Below are positions 54,957 through 63,493 of a stretch of 64,000 nt of DNA, one piece after another (within the stretch, counting starts at the first letter, position 1; every line of letters begins with the position of its first letter). Made by a program: the position numbers and the translations under genes. The stretch is taken from NCBI GenBank assembly GCA_031411135.1, contig JANOAN010000003.1, positions 10,614 to 74,613 on the forward strand. Direction: 5' to 3'. The DNA is from a bacterium. GTDB taxonomy: Bacteria; Patescibacteriota; Minisyncoccia; Phycocordibacterales; CAIZLB01. The notes beneath the pieces are model-generated. The model ran no database searches. It had not been told where the DNA came from and saw only the letters and a program-made list of their open reading frames with translations.

Positions 54957-55778
54957 ATGGCAAAGAAAATTTTGACTAACATAAAACAAAAACCTCACTT
55001 CTCTCACAGGGATTTTGTTCTGTATCTTGGCAATTCAACCGATATCCTCAATGAGCTTCCAGAAAATTCCATAGATATGATTTTTGCAGATCCTCCATAC
55101 ATGCTTTCAAACGGAGGATTCACTGTTCATGCAGGAAAGATGGTAAGTGTTGATAAAGGAGACTGGGACAAAAGCAAAGGATTTGATAGCGACTACTCAT
55201 TTCATAGAAAATGGCTAGAGGCCTGCTATCGAGTCCTCAAACCCCAAGGAACCATTTGGGTTAGTGGAACATATCATTCAATCTATCAATGTGGTCACGC
55301 TATTCAGTCTATCGGTTTTCATATTCTCAATGATATAAGTTGGTTCAAGCCGAACGCTTCGCCGAATTTAAGCTGTAGGTTTTTTACAGCCAGTCACGAG
55401 ACATTGCTCTGGGCTAGGAAACATAAAAAAGCAAAGCACACGTTCAATTATGAATTGATGAAAGGTGGAGAATGGTCTGAAGATTTTATTAAAAAACCAA
55501 ATCTACAGATGCGTTCTGTATGGGCAATTAATCCACCCAAAAAAGAAGAGAAAAAATTTACCAAGCATCCGACACAAAAACCACTTTCACTTCTAGAGAG
55601 GATTGTTCTCGCAAGTACAAACAAAGGAGATATAATCCTTGATCCTTTTACCGGTAGTTCCACAACAGGAATCGCTGCTAAAAAACACGGACGAAAGTTT
55701 ATCGGTATTGATACTGAGGAGAAATACTTAGCTCTTTCTCAAAAACGCTTTCAAGATTTAGTCGAGGCTGGTAATTGA
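54957..55778 (+). CDS. beta-class N6A/N4C DNA methyltransferase
   Basis: Motif IV IFADPPY lies near the N-terminus and motif I DPFTGSSTTG near the C-terminus, which is the beta permutation. Confidence 0.85.
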   Translation: MAKKILTNIKQKPHFSHRDFVLYLGNSTDILNELPENSIDMIFADPPYMLSNGGFTVHAGKMVSVDKGDWDKSKGFDSDYSFHRKWLEACYRVLKPQGTIWVSGTYHSIYQCGHAIQSIGFHILNDISWFKPNASPNLSCRFFTASHETLLWARKHKKAKHTFNYELMKGGEWSEDFIKKPNLQMRSVWAINPPKKEEKKFTKHPTQKPLSLLERIVLASTNKGDIILDPFTGSSTTGIAAKKHGRKFIGIDTEEKYLALSQKRFQDLVEAGN

Positions 55779-56616
55779 CTATTACTACTTCGGATATCTT
55801 TCCTCTCTTGTCAGATTTTGAATTAATCATTCGGCTAGCATATACAGGAATCTGCTTATAGCCAGAATATATTTCCTTAATGAATGGTGCACTAGAATTA
55901 CTAAGCATTACATATACGCCCTTTTTATCTAGCTCGATAAATAAATCTCTAAGCTTTATTTGATCATCCTTAGAGAAACTATCTTTACTATAACTTGTAA
56001 ATGATGATGTCTCTGATAAAGGATGGTACGGGGGGTCGAAGTATACAAAGTCTCCAGCCTTAGCATTTTTCACAGCATCAGCAAAGGATCCACTAGTAAT
56101 TTTTGTATGAGAAAGCATCTCAGATACAAGTTTTAGGTTTTCTTCGTCCACAATCTTTGGATTCGTATAGCTTCCCATAGGAACATTAAATCCACCCTTT
56201 GAGTTTTCTCTATAGACACCATTGAAGGCTGTCTTGTTTAGAAAAAGAAAGTATAGACTCTTTTTGAAATCGTCAGCAGGGAGTGAATTATACTTTTCTC
56301 TGATTGAGTAATAAAACTCTTTTCTTTCTTCTGTATTTTTTGATATAAAATCTTTCTCAATTTTTCTTAAAGACTTAATCAATTCGCCAACATTATCTTT
56401 GATGTTTTTATAGGTTTGAACTAGAGTCTTGTTCACATCGTTTATGTGAGCCTTCTTTGGATTCAATGCAAAGAATACCGCACCTCCACCGATAAACGGT
56501 TCAAAATACGAATTGTACTTTTGGGGAAAGAGAGCATCTAACTGTGTCAAAAGCTGGGTCTTACCCCCAACCCATTTAAGGAACGGCTTAGCTTTCTTAG
56601 AAATATCTATCTTCAT
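55699..56616 (-). CDS. Dam-family (alpha-class) DNA adenine methyltransferase
   Basis: LKWVGGKTQLL, motif I FEPFIGGGAVFF and motif IV YFDPPY, in alpha order. Its 3' end overlaps the convergent methyltransferase gene by 80 nt. Confidence 0.85.
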   Translation of the reverse strand: MKIDISKKAKPFLKWVGGKTQLLTQLDALFPQKYNSYFEPFIGGGAVFFALNPKKAHINDVNKTLVQTYKNIKDNVGELIKSLRKIEKDFISKNTEERKEFYYSIREKYNSLPADDFKKSLYFLFLNKTAFNGVYRENSKGGFNVPMGSYTNPKIVDEENLKLVSEMLSHTKITSGSFADAVKNAKAGDFVYFDPPYHPLSETSSFTSYSKDSFSKDDQIKLRDLFIELDKKGVYVMLSNSSAPFIKEIYSGYKQIPVYASRMINSKSDKRGKISEVVIVNYQPRLNLESVFEKELSISPQYQYR

Positions 56617-56696
56617 GTATTGATTTTATCATTTTTTGATACCGATTCCTATCTTTCATTGTTCTAAGCCCTATTTTGTGATTTAATTGCATTATT

Positions 56697-57230
56697 ATGA
56701 AAGTCGGAGGTATCGGAGGAACAAACACAAAGTCGGGGCTACACTTTGAAGGAAAGGTGGATTTTCTCGAGGCCCTCAAAATAGTAAAGGGCTATGAAAT
56801 AAAGGATGACGGGTCTATCCTTTTCGAAGGTAAGGTTGTAGCTCTCAATCTCCGAAAATACAAGCTCTACGAATTTCTAGAAAGTAAAGGTGTTAATCAC
56901 AAAGAAATACTTTCAAAACGTCTTCTCCCTGATGATGCTATCTTGGTACTCAACACGAATTCATTTTACGTAATTGAAATTAAATTCCAACAGGTTGCTG
57001 GTTCTGTGGACGAAAAATTGCAGACATGCCATTTCAAAAAGAGACAGTACGAAAAATTGATGAATTCACTCGGTGTAAAAGTGGAATATATCTACATCTT
57101 AAGTGACTGGTTCCAAGCTCCTGCGTACAAGGATGTTCTCGCTTACATTAAAGAGGTTGATTGCGATTATTTCTTCGAAGAAATAACTCTAAACCGTCTC
57201 GGGCTCCCATCTCCAACAGAGACTATCTAA
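56697..57230 (+). CDS. small PD-(D/E)XK nuclease-like protein, candidate restriction endonuclease
   Basis: LLPDDAILVLNTNSFYVIEIKFQQ gives PD...x13...E-I-K. Divergently paired with the Dam-like methyltransferase, 80 nt apart. Confidence 0.45.
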   Translation: MKVGGIGGTNTKSGLHFEGKVDFLEALKIVKGYEIKDDGSILFEGKVVALNLRKYKLYEFLESKGVNHKEILSKRLLPDDAILVLNTNSFYVIEIKFQQVAGSVDEKLQTCHFKKRQYEKLMNSLGVKVEYIYILSDWFQAPAYKDVLAYIKEVDCDYFFEEITLNRLGLPSPTETI

Positions 57231-57846
57231 ATCCTGGCATTGCTGATTGAAGTACTTCTGTATAGTGTTTCTTGTCGTCGATATAATCTCTAAGCGTAAG
57301 TAGTAGGTTTTTAAACATATAAGCCTCGGTATAAATCTTTTCATTCTTGCAGAAAAGTTCAATCATTATCGCAACGTAATCTAAAGACAGGGTGTAATCC
57401 TGCTCAATGTGTGCATACTTTTGTGTAATCTCATCAACGGTTTCAAGTTTATAGTTATTCCTATCTTCAACCGATGCGAAAGGCGTAGTTCTCTCATAAA
57501 AATCAATGTAGTACTGAACTATCTCTCGAACGTCTTTGCGATACTGAGGGATTTTCAGAAGAAGATCGACAACCCAAAATGTATGAGTCGGCGGTGTCAT
57601 TATTTTGTTCACTCCTGGCACGAGAATTTTTACTACGAAATCAATATCTGGTCTTGCACCTCTACTTCCTTGAAATAGACCAATCAAAGTTCCGTCTTTT
57701 GTGACATATGTCTTAAAAGCAGTTAGACGAGGTCTCAGTTGAGCGAGATTAGTTCCATCATAATATCTAGAGTTGTATTCGTGTGACATTACAGAAAGTA
57801 TAGCAAAAGCTAGGCTGTTGGTAACTAGAGCTTCGCAACCCTCCAT
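57223..57846 (-). CDS. hypothetical protein (last cargo gene of the cassette)
   Basis: A 207 aa ORF with no recognised family. It has a 285 nt upstream region carrying repeat module C. Confidence 0.45.
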   Translation of the reverse strand: MEGCEALVTNSLAFAILSVMSHEYNSRYYDGTNLAQLRPRLTAFKTYVTKDGTLIGLFQGSRGARPDIDFVVKILVPGVNKIMTPPTHTFWVVDLLLKIPQYRKDVREIVQYYIDFYERTTPFASVEDRNNYKLETVDEITQKYAHIEQDYTLSLDYVAIMIELFCKNEKIYTEAYMFKNLLLTLRDYIDDKKHYTEVLQSAMPGFR

Positions 57847-57951
57847 ATCTAAGCTAAGGTACAGACAGATACCTCAGTTTTTGGTATCATGGTAATCACA
57901 ACAAAGACCTAACCCCTAGAAAACCCTTAGTTTCCTAGGATATGGTCGTAA

Positions 57952-58131
57952 TAAAAACCGCTACAGTATAGAAGACTCCTCGTCAGAGTCACTGTAGCGG
58001 TCGCGTCTAGGAAACTGGATGTGGGTTGAGCCGAAAGGTTCGATCACAATGGCGAGGGGTCTTCTGTCTCAAGGCTCAAAACTCCTCGCCACTTATTATT
58101 AGTTAATAAGCTTAAACCGCTACAGTGGCTT
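57952..58131. promoter_or_regulatory. structured intergenic element with three mutually exclusive 11-nt pairing segments
   Basis: ACCGCTACAGT at 57957..57967 and again at 58116..58126, with its exact complement ACTGTAGCGGT at 57991..58001. Also an internal GAGCC-GAAA-GGUUC hairpin (58028..58041), GGCGAGG/CCUCGCC (58051..57 / 58084..90) and TTGAGCC/GGCTCAA (58026..32 / 58073..79). The strand of action is unresolved. Confidence 0.4.
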
Positions 58132-59091
58132 ATGAAAAATCAAATAAGGCGTATTCCGCCATCTGGCTACTTAATTGTAGTTCTGTTTCTAGTAACTTTA
58201 ATATTTCCAAAACACGCAAATGCAACATCAGGATCATGCTCATACCACGGAGGTGTCGCATGTAGTCTCAGGTCGGATTATGACGGCAGTGTAATTTGCA
58301 ACGACGGATGGAAAGATAGTTCAGTATCATTTTCAAATGCAGATGAGTGCAAAACATCCTTACCGTCATGCCCCTTACCTTCAGGTGCGAAATCTGATTG
58401 TGGCTCACTCCGTGCACAACTTGCACGAGGACAGTTGCTCGGCACTACGTTTGGAGACAATGAGCTAGCTCAGTGCGATGCTCAGAATACAACCTACGAT
58501 TCTGCCCAGTCTGCATATCAACAATGTCTTACTTCGCAGTCAGCAATACAATCTCAACAATTTAATAACTACGTGGATCAAAGTAAAACTCAAGATCAGG
58601 CTTTTAATCAGCAGATGCAGACCAAGTACGACGCATACTGTGTTTCATCACAAGGTGTAGGAAGTGTCTGGGTTGGCGAATTCGGTCCGAACGGATCATG
58701 TAAACCAACTAATTCTGATTTCTGGAAATCGTGTCAGGGAAAAATGGGTACAAATGCAACGTACGATAAATCTTCGGGGTATTGTACTTGTTATAGCGGA
58801 TACGTTGTAGATGGAGACAATCAATGTGTAACAGAAGTTCAGCCAAGCATCCAAACTCCAGATGTTCCACAGACACAACCTGTTGTCACTACTCCCATAC
58901 AAAAAGTAATTGCAGTAAAAAAGCCGATAACTAAACCGACCGTCGTTCCAGTCGTATCTGAACAATCTACTACAACCATAGCTCAACCCATTGTCACAGA
59001 TACTCCTACCGTCAAACCTATTGAAGATAAAAGCTGGTTTGGTTCACTGTTTGAAAAAATAGGAAGCTTCTTTACTAATCTATTCCACTAA
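58132..59091 (+). CDS. secreted cysteine-rich protein with a T/P/V-rich C-terminal linker
   Basis: Signal peptide (LIVVLFLVTLIFPKHANA), about 16 Cys in the mature N-terminal half, and a Q/S-rich middle. Confidence 0.6.
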   Translation: MKNQIRRIPPSGYLIVVLFLVTLIFPKHANATSGSCSYHGGVACSLRSDYDGSVICNDGWKDSSVSFSNADECKTSLPSCPLPSGAKSDCGSLRAQLARGQLLGTTFGDNELAQCDAQNTTYDSAQSAYQQCLTSQSAIQSQQFNNYVDQSKTQDQAFNQQMQTKYDAYCVSSQGVGSVWVGEFGPNGSCKPTNSDFWKSCQGKMGTNATYDKSSGYCTCYSGYVVDGDNQCVTEVQPSIQTPDVPQTQPVVTTPIQKVIAVKKPITKPTVVPVVSEQSTTTIAQPIVTDTPTVKPIEDKSWFGSLFEKIGSFFTNLFH

Positions 59092-59094
59092 AAC

Positions 59095-59472
59095 ATGCCT
59101 AAAACCGTAGTCCACATCGATGATGATAAATTCCTTCTCAACATGTACGACATCAAATTGAGACGTGCTGGCTGTAGTGTGTACGCATTCCAGACTTTTG
59201 ATTCAAAAATTGTCGAGGATATTGCAAAGTGCAAGCCTGACATTATTGTTTCTGATATAGTCCACGACCCAAAAGACCCTGATGGCATTGAACTCTGTAG
59301 GCAGATGCAAAAAGATGAAAGGCTCAAGAATGTTCCGTTCGTCTTTTTGTCGAATACTCTTGGGTATTTAAAGAAGGTTGATATTTCAGATTTGAAGATC
59401 GCCAAACAGATAGAGAAAGCTACGACTCAGCCTGATGACGTGATAACTCAAATCCTTAACATAATAAAATAA
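59095..59472 (+). CDS. single-domain response regulator (receiver only)
   Basis: A 125 aa ORF with the HIDDD acidic pocket, a phospho-acceptor candidate in IIVSDI, and a CheY-like length. Confidence 0.6.
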   Translation: MPKTVVHIDDDKFLLNMYDIKLRRAGCSVYAFQTFDSKIVEDIAKCKPDIIVSDIVHDPKDPDGIELCRQMQKDERLKNVPFVFLSNTLGYLKKVDISDLKIAKQIEKATTQPDDVITQILNIIK

Positions 59473-59481
59473 GCTAGTTTT

Positions 59482-59877
59482 TTATCCTTGAAAATCTACC
59501 TGAAATCTATACATTCCCATTCCGCATGTTCCGTTTAAGGTTGCAACCTGTGGACTTCCTATATCAATATCTGTCGTTCCAGACTGAGGAAGTGACTTTG
59601 AAATATTCATACTTGGAATACGCACAGTTGAAGAGCAGTCGAATGTTCCATTGGTATCGAACCTAAGGATGCTTGGCACACCCGCCTTTGCAATACTGCT
59701 TCCTGGTTGGTATCCGCCCTTGGCATGAATCTCAATAATCTGTTTTCCGTCTACAATTGAGACATTGTTTGCGTTAGCGACTTGACCAGAACCTTTGGTA
59801 TTCGCATTTTTTGCAAACATAAATGCTCCTCCGATTAATACGACCGCCACGATAATTGATATAGTTGTTGCTTTCAT
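59482..59877 (-). CDS. cupredoxin-like secreted protein (copper operon accessory)
   Basis: N-terminal TM/signal segment and the pattern GTFDCSS...C.MGMY near the C-terminus. Operonic with copA. Confidence 0.6.
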   Translation of the reverse strand: MKATTISIIVAVVLIGGAFMFAKNANTKGSGQVANANNVSIVDGKQIIEIHAKGGYQPGSSIAKAGVPSILRFDTNGTFDCSSTVRIPSMNISKSLPQSGTTDIDIGSPQVATLNGTCGMGMYRFQVDFQG

Positions 59878-59890
59878 AAAGATGATTATA

Positions 59891-60916
59891 CTAAAAATTA
59901 AAGACTGGTGGAATGACCCCGATCACCACTAAACTGTTAATAAGGTTAAAGATTGCAAACATGATGACTACCAGCCCTGCTGACTTGAAGAATATGCCTG
60001 ACTTAGAGCTATTCTTGATACTGAACGAACTGAAGCTTACCAAGGCTAGTACAGGTAATGTCCCTAAAGCGAATGACAGCATTGTTAATCCTCCTTTTAG
60101 GAAACTGCCTGTAGTAAGTGTGTAAAGTTGCATTGATTGTGTAAATCCACACGGCAGAAAAAATGTAGCAATACCAACAAGGAGAGGTGTAAGAGTATGA
60201 TTAAACTTCGAAACATCAAGTGCATGCTTTGACATAAATTTCGGCATTGAGGGCTGTAGTTTTTTAGCCCACTGGAATACATCAAGAAGATTGATTCCAA
60301 GTATGAGCATAACAATTCCGATTATGAGACTTAAGGCAAATGATGCATTGGTACTTAAGGTGAATGCAGAGCCGATTGCACCTATCACTCCTCCGAGAAT
60401 AAAAAATGAGACTATTCGTCCGCCGTGGAACATGAGCTGTGGACGAATTTTGTCTCCTTCTTTTGCAAATGTTGCCGACATCGAAAGAACTATCCCTCCG
60501 ACAACAGCCATACAAGTTGAAAGTGAAGCAATGATACCGATTACAAATGCCGTACCATAAGTTACGTTGCCTCCACCCACAAGATTAATTAAACCAATTT
60601 TTTGCAGACCGAAAAACAGGACTGCAAAGCCTAATGCGATAGGTACAGCAATTTTAAAATCTGCCCAGTTCTTTTGAACCACTCGTTTTTCTATAGAAAC
60701 AGTATAACCATGAGGCTTGAGTGGAGCAGTAAGCTCCTCTGCGATCTGTTCAGGTGTCTTATCACCAAAATTTCCAGAAACTTCCACCGAATGATTCTTG
60801 AGACTTGCTTTAACAAAACTAATATTAGACAGCTCTCCAAGCTCACTTTCGGTCATAAGAACACAAGCGTTGCAATGTATACCGTGAATATGAAAAGTGT
60901 ATTTTTGTTCAGTCAT
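59891..60916 (-). CDS. HMA-domain fused polytopic membrane protein (DsbD_2/TauE-like family)
   Basis: I moved the start to MTEQKY at 60916, 4 nt after the copA stop. N-terminal HMA motif GIHCNAC, then 6-7 TM helices with LSTCM and LPCGF motifs. Confidence 0.65.
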   Translation of the reverse strand: MTEQKYTFHIHGIHCNACVLMTESELGELSNISFVKASLKNHSVEVSGNFGDKTPEQIAEELTAPLKPHGYTVSIEKRVVQKNWADFKIAVPIALGFAVLFFGLQKIGLINLVGGGNVTYGTAFVIGIIASLSTCMAVVGGIVLSMSATFAKEGDKIRPQLMFHGGRIVSFFILGGVIGAIGSAFTLSTNASFALSLIIGIVMLILGINLLDVFQWAKKLQPSMPKFMSKHALDVSKFNHTLTPLLVGIATFFLPCGFTQSMQLYTLTTGSFLKGGLTMLSFALGTLPVLALVSFSSFSIKNSSKSGIFFKSAGLVVIMFAIFNLINSLVVIGVIPPVFNF

Positions 60917-60920
60917 AAAT

Positions 60921-63215
60921 TTATAATTTCTGAGCCTTAATTCGTAATGAGTTCGACACCACTGATACACTTGAGAAAGCCATAGCAAGTCCTGCAAACA
61001 CAGGGTTCAAAAGCCAACCGAAAATTGGATAGAATGCACCAGCCGCAAGCGGAATACCGATAATGTTGTAGATAAATGCCCAGAAGAGGTTCTGCTTGAT
61101 TCCTCTCATGGTTATTTTGGAAAGCTTGATTGCTTTTACAAGTTTTGAGATGTCACCACCGAGAAGAGTAATGCCCGCTGATTCAATTGCAACATCAGTA
61201 CCAGTTCCCATTGCAATACCTACATCGGCTTGAGCCAAAGCAGGAGCGTCGTTCACTCCGTCACCTGCCATAGCCACTATTTTTCCCTGTGACTGTAGTT
61301 CCTTAATCTTTGCCAATTTATCTTGTGGCAAGACATGTGCAATTACCTCATCAATACCAACAAGCGACGCGATGTATTTTGCTGCTTCCTCATCATCACC
61401 TGTAAGCATGACAACTTTTATTCCAAGTTTATGAAGATTTTTAACAGCCTCAATAGATTCAGCTTTTATTTCATCTGCTACCATAACAAACCCAAAAGCT
61501 TTTTCTTTTGTGGATATAATAACAGGAGTCTTTCCTTGTGCGGTGAATTGCCCAATCTTTGTGAAATCAAAAGACAGATTTAAATCCTTTATTAATTTAG
61601 CGTTGCCGACAAAATATTCAGTACCACCTACTGATCCTTTCAATCCTTTTCCTTGAATACTTTCAAAATTCGAAACATCCCGAATTTCAATATTTTTTTC
61701 TTTAGCGTAATTCACAATCGCATTGGCAATCGGGTGCTCTGATTTTTTCTCAAGCGATGCAATTATAGATATAAATTCTTCATTTTTTAGACTTGATTGA
61801 TTTTCAATATCAACGAGTGTCGGCTTACCAATAGTGATTGTTCCTGTCTTATCAACCACGACAGTATCCACCTTGTGAAGCTTTTCAAGCGTCGCTGCAT
61901 CTTTAATAAGGATTCCTTCCTTAGCACCTTTACCAACACCAACAATAATTGCGGTGGGGGTAGCCAAACCAAGAGCACACGGACAGGCAATCACCAATAT
62001 TCCGACAAATGACACGAGACCGTCTGAAAGAGCTTGTGAAAAGCCTAAAGGTCCAGTTCCTAAAAGTAACCATGCTCCAAGAGTCACGAAAGCCAATATT
62101 AGAACTATTGGTACGAATACACTTGATATTTTGTCAGCTAATGCTTGGATTGGAGCCTTGCTTCCTTGAGCCTCCTCAACCATCTTTATGATCTGTGCGA
62201 GCAATGTTTCTGAACCCACTTTTGTGGCCTTAAATGTAAATGATCCACTTGTATTTATTGTTCCAGCTACAACACTGTCACCAATTTTCTTTTGTACTGG
62301 CATAGGCTCTCCAGAAATCATTGATCCATCTACAAACGATGAACCCTCTGTGATAACACCGTCAACTGGAATTTTTGCTCCTGGCTTTATGATAATTAGG
62401 TCTCCGTGCTTCACCTCATTTATTGAAATTTCTATTTCTTTTCCGTCACGAATTATCAGTGCTGTTTTCGCCTGGAGATTTAAAAGTTTTTCTATAGCAT
62501 CGCCGGTCTTTATCTTAGATCTAGCCTCCAAATATTTACCGAGAGCAATAAATGTAATGACTACAATTGTTACATCGTAATACGTGTGGGTCACATTAAT
62601 ATATGGTCGAAGTGCATCCTCAAATGCTGTGATTATAAAGCTATAGAGGAAAGCGACGGACGTACCGATTCCGATAAGGGTGTCCATGTTCGCCTTGCCG
62701 TAACGAAGAAAACGATAGAATCCTAGTAGATACGGTTTACCAACTACGAACAAAGTATATGTCGCAAAGATCGGGAGGAGATGATGAAAAAATTCACTGA
62801 TCGTATAGCTCATCGCAGGAATCGCACCATACTGAGCAAGAATATCCCAGCCCATTACAAAAATACTAATTATTGCTAGAGGAATTACTGACATTACTTT
62901 TGATCTCATGTCTGCCACTTCTGCGAGCTTTTCTTTTTTTGATTGGTTAAGACCTAGATGCTCCGCATGCTCTGAAGCACTCATTCCCATATCTCCTGCT
63001 GAGGGTACATCGAGAGAGTAACCTAGTTTTTCTATCTGCTTTGAGAGGTGTTGTGGATTAGTCTTTGACTCGTCAAAAGAGACTTTTGCTGTCTCTGTCC
63101 CATAATTAACCTCAACAGATTTAACGCCTTCAGTCTTTTTGAAAGTTTTTTCTATGATTCCTGCACAAGAAGCACAGTGCATACCCCTTACTTTGTAGGT
63201 TTTAGATTCATTCAT
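60921..63215 (-). CDS. copA: copper-translocating P1B-type ATPase
   Basis: N-terminal GMHCASC HMA domain, TGEP, the CPC membrane motif (ACPCALGLATP), DKTGT, and GDGVNDAPAL. Confidence 0.92.
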   Translation of the reverse strand: MNESKTYKVRGMHCASCAGIIEKTFKKTEGVKSVEVNYGTETAKVSFDESKTNPQHLSKQIEKLGYSLDVPSAGDMGMSASEHAEHLGLNQSKKEKLAEVADMRSKVMSVIPLAIISIFVMGWDILAQYGAIPAMSYTISEFFHHLLPIFATYTLFVVGKPYLLGFYRFLRYGKANMDTLIGIGTSVAFLYSFIITAFEDALRPYINVTHTYYDVTIVVITFIALGKYLEARSKIKTGDAIEKLLNLQAKTALIIRDGKEIEISINEVKHGDLIIIKPGAKIPVDGVITEGSSFVDGSMISGEPMPVQKKIGDSVVAGTINTSGSFTFKATKVGSETLLAQIIKMVEEAQGSKAPIQALADKISSVFVPIVLILAFVTLGAWLLLGTGPLGFSQALSDGLVSFVGILVIACPCALGLATPTAIIVGVGKGAKEGILIKDAATLEKLHKVDTVVVDKTGTITIGKPTLVDIENQSSLKNEEFISIIASLEKKSEHPIANAIVNYAKEKNIEIRDVSNFESIQGKGLKGSVGGTEYFVGNAKLIKDLNLSFDFTKIGQFTAQGKTPVIISTKEKAFGFVMVADEIKAESIEAVKNLHKLGIKVVMLTGDDEEAAKYIASLVGIDEVIAHVLPQDKLAKIKELQSQGKIVAMAGDGVNDAPALAQADVGIAMGTGTDVAIESAGITLLGGDISKLVKAIKLSKITMRGIKQNLFWAFIYNIIGIPLAAGAFYPIFGWLLNPVFAGLAMAFSSVSVVSNSLRIKAQKL

Positions 63216-63218
63216 ATT

Positions 63219-63482
63219 CTATTTTCTTTTAAGCCTATACACCTTAAGTATTTCTCCAATAGCCGTTTTTTCTTTCCCTTTCTGCATTTGTTTTACAACG
63301 CAAGTGCTCAGGTGATTTTCCATCAGAGCATCTTCAATGGTTGAAAGTGCCTGCTTTACGGCAGACGTTTGAGTTATGACATCAATACAATATGCATCTT
63401 TTAAGAGCATGTCCTGTAGACCTCTCACTTGACCCTCAACAATTTTTAACCGTCTAACCAGCTTTTGTTTTGCCTCATTCAT
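63219..63482 (-). CDS. csoR: CsoR-family metal-sensing transcriptional repressor
   Basis: LVRRLKIVEGQVRGLQDML....YCIDVITQTSAVKQAL...L..HL..CV is the CsoR/RcnR (DUF156) pattern. I moved the start to MNEAKQ at 63482, so that the operator lies upstream of the gene. Confidence 0.85.
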   Translation of the reverse strand: MNEAKQKLVRRLKIVEGQVRGLQDMLLKDAYCIDVITQTSAVKQALSTIEDALMENHLSTCVVKQMQKGKEKTAIGEILKVYRLKRK

Positions 63483-63493
63483 ATTATATATAA

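Larger units (their letters stand above)
48799..58010. mobile_element. putative integrative island next to tRNA-Arg (two serine recombinases + KAP NTPase + R-M cassette)
   Basis: Begins directly 3' of tRNA-Arg. Contains two large serine recombinases, defence-type cargo, and repeated intergenic modules at 51634..51683, 52050..52132 and 57957..58012. The right boundary is uncertain. Confidence 0.4.

Noticed and set aside
57957-58001. CUGACGAG on the minus strand (complement of CTCGTCAG at 57979..57986) as a fourth hammerhead.
   Set aside because: The heptamer lies in the loop of a perfect hairpin. There is no following stem II plus GAAA core, and no GUC/stem I arrangement.
58028-58060. GGTTCGAT at 58037..58044 as a displaced tRNA-Arg 3' end (attR) marking the island boundary.
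   Set aside because: Only 8 nt match the tRNA-Arg T-loop region, and the following ~18 nt are roughly at chance identity. Serine recombinases also do not generate long direct repeats. This is insufficient evidence.
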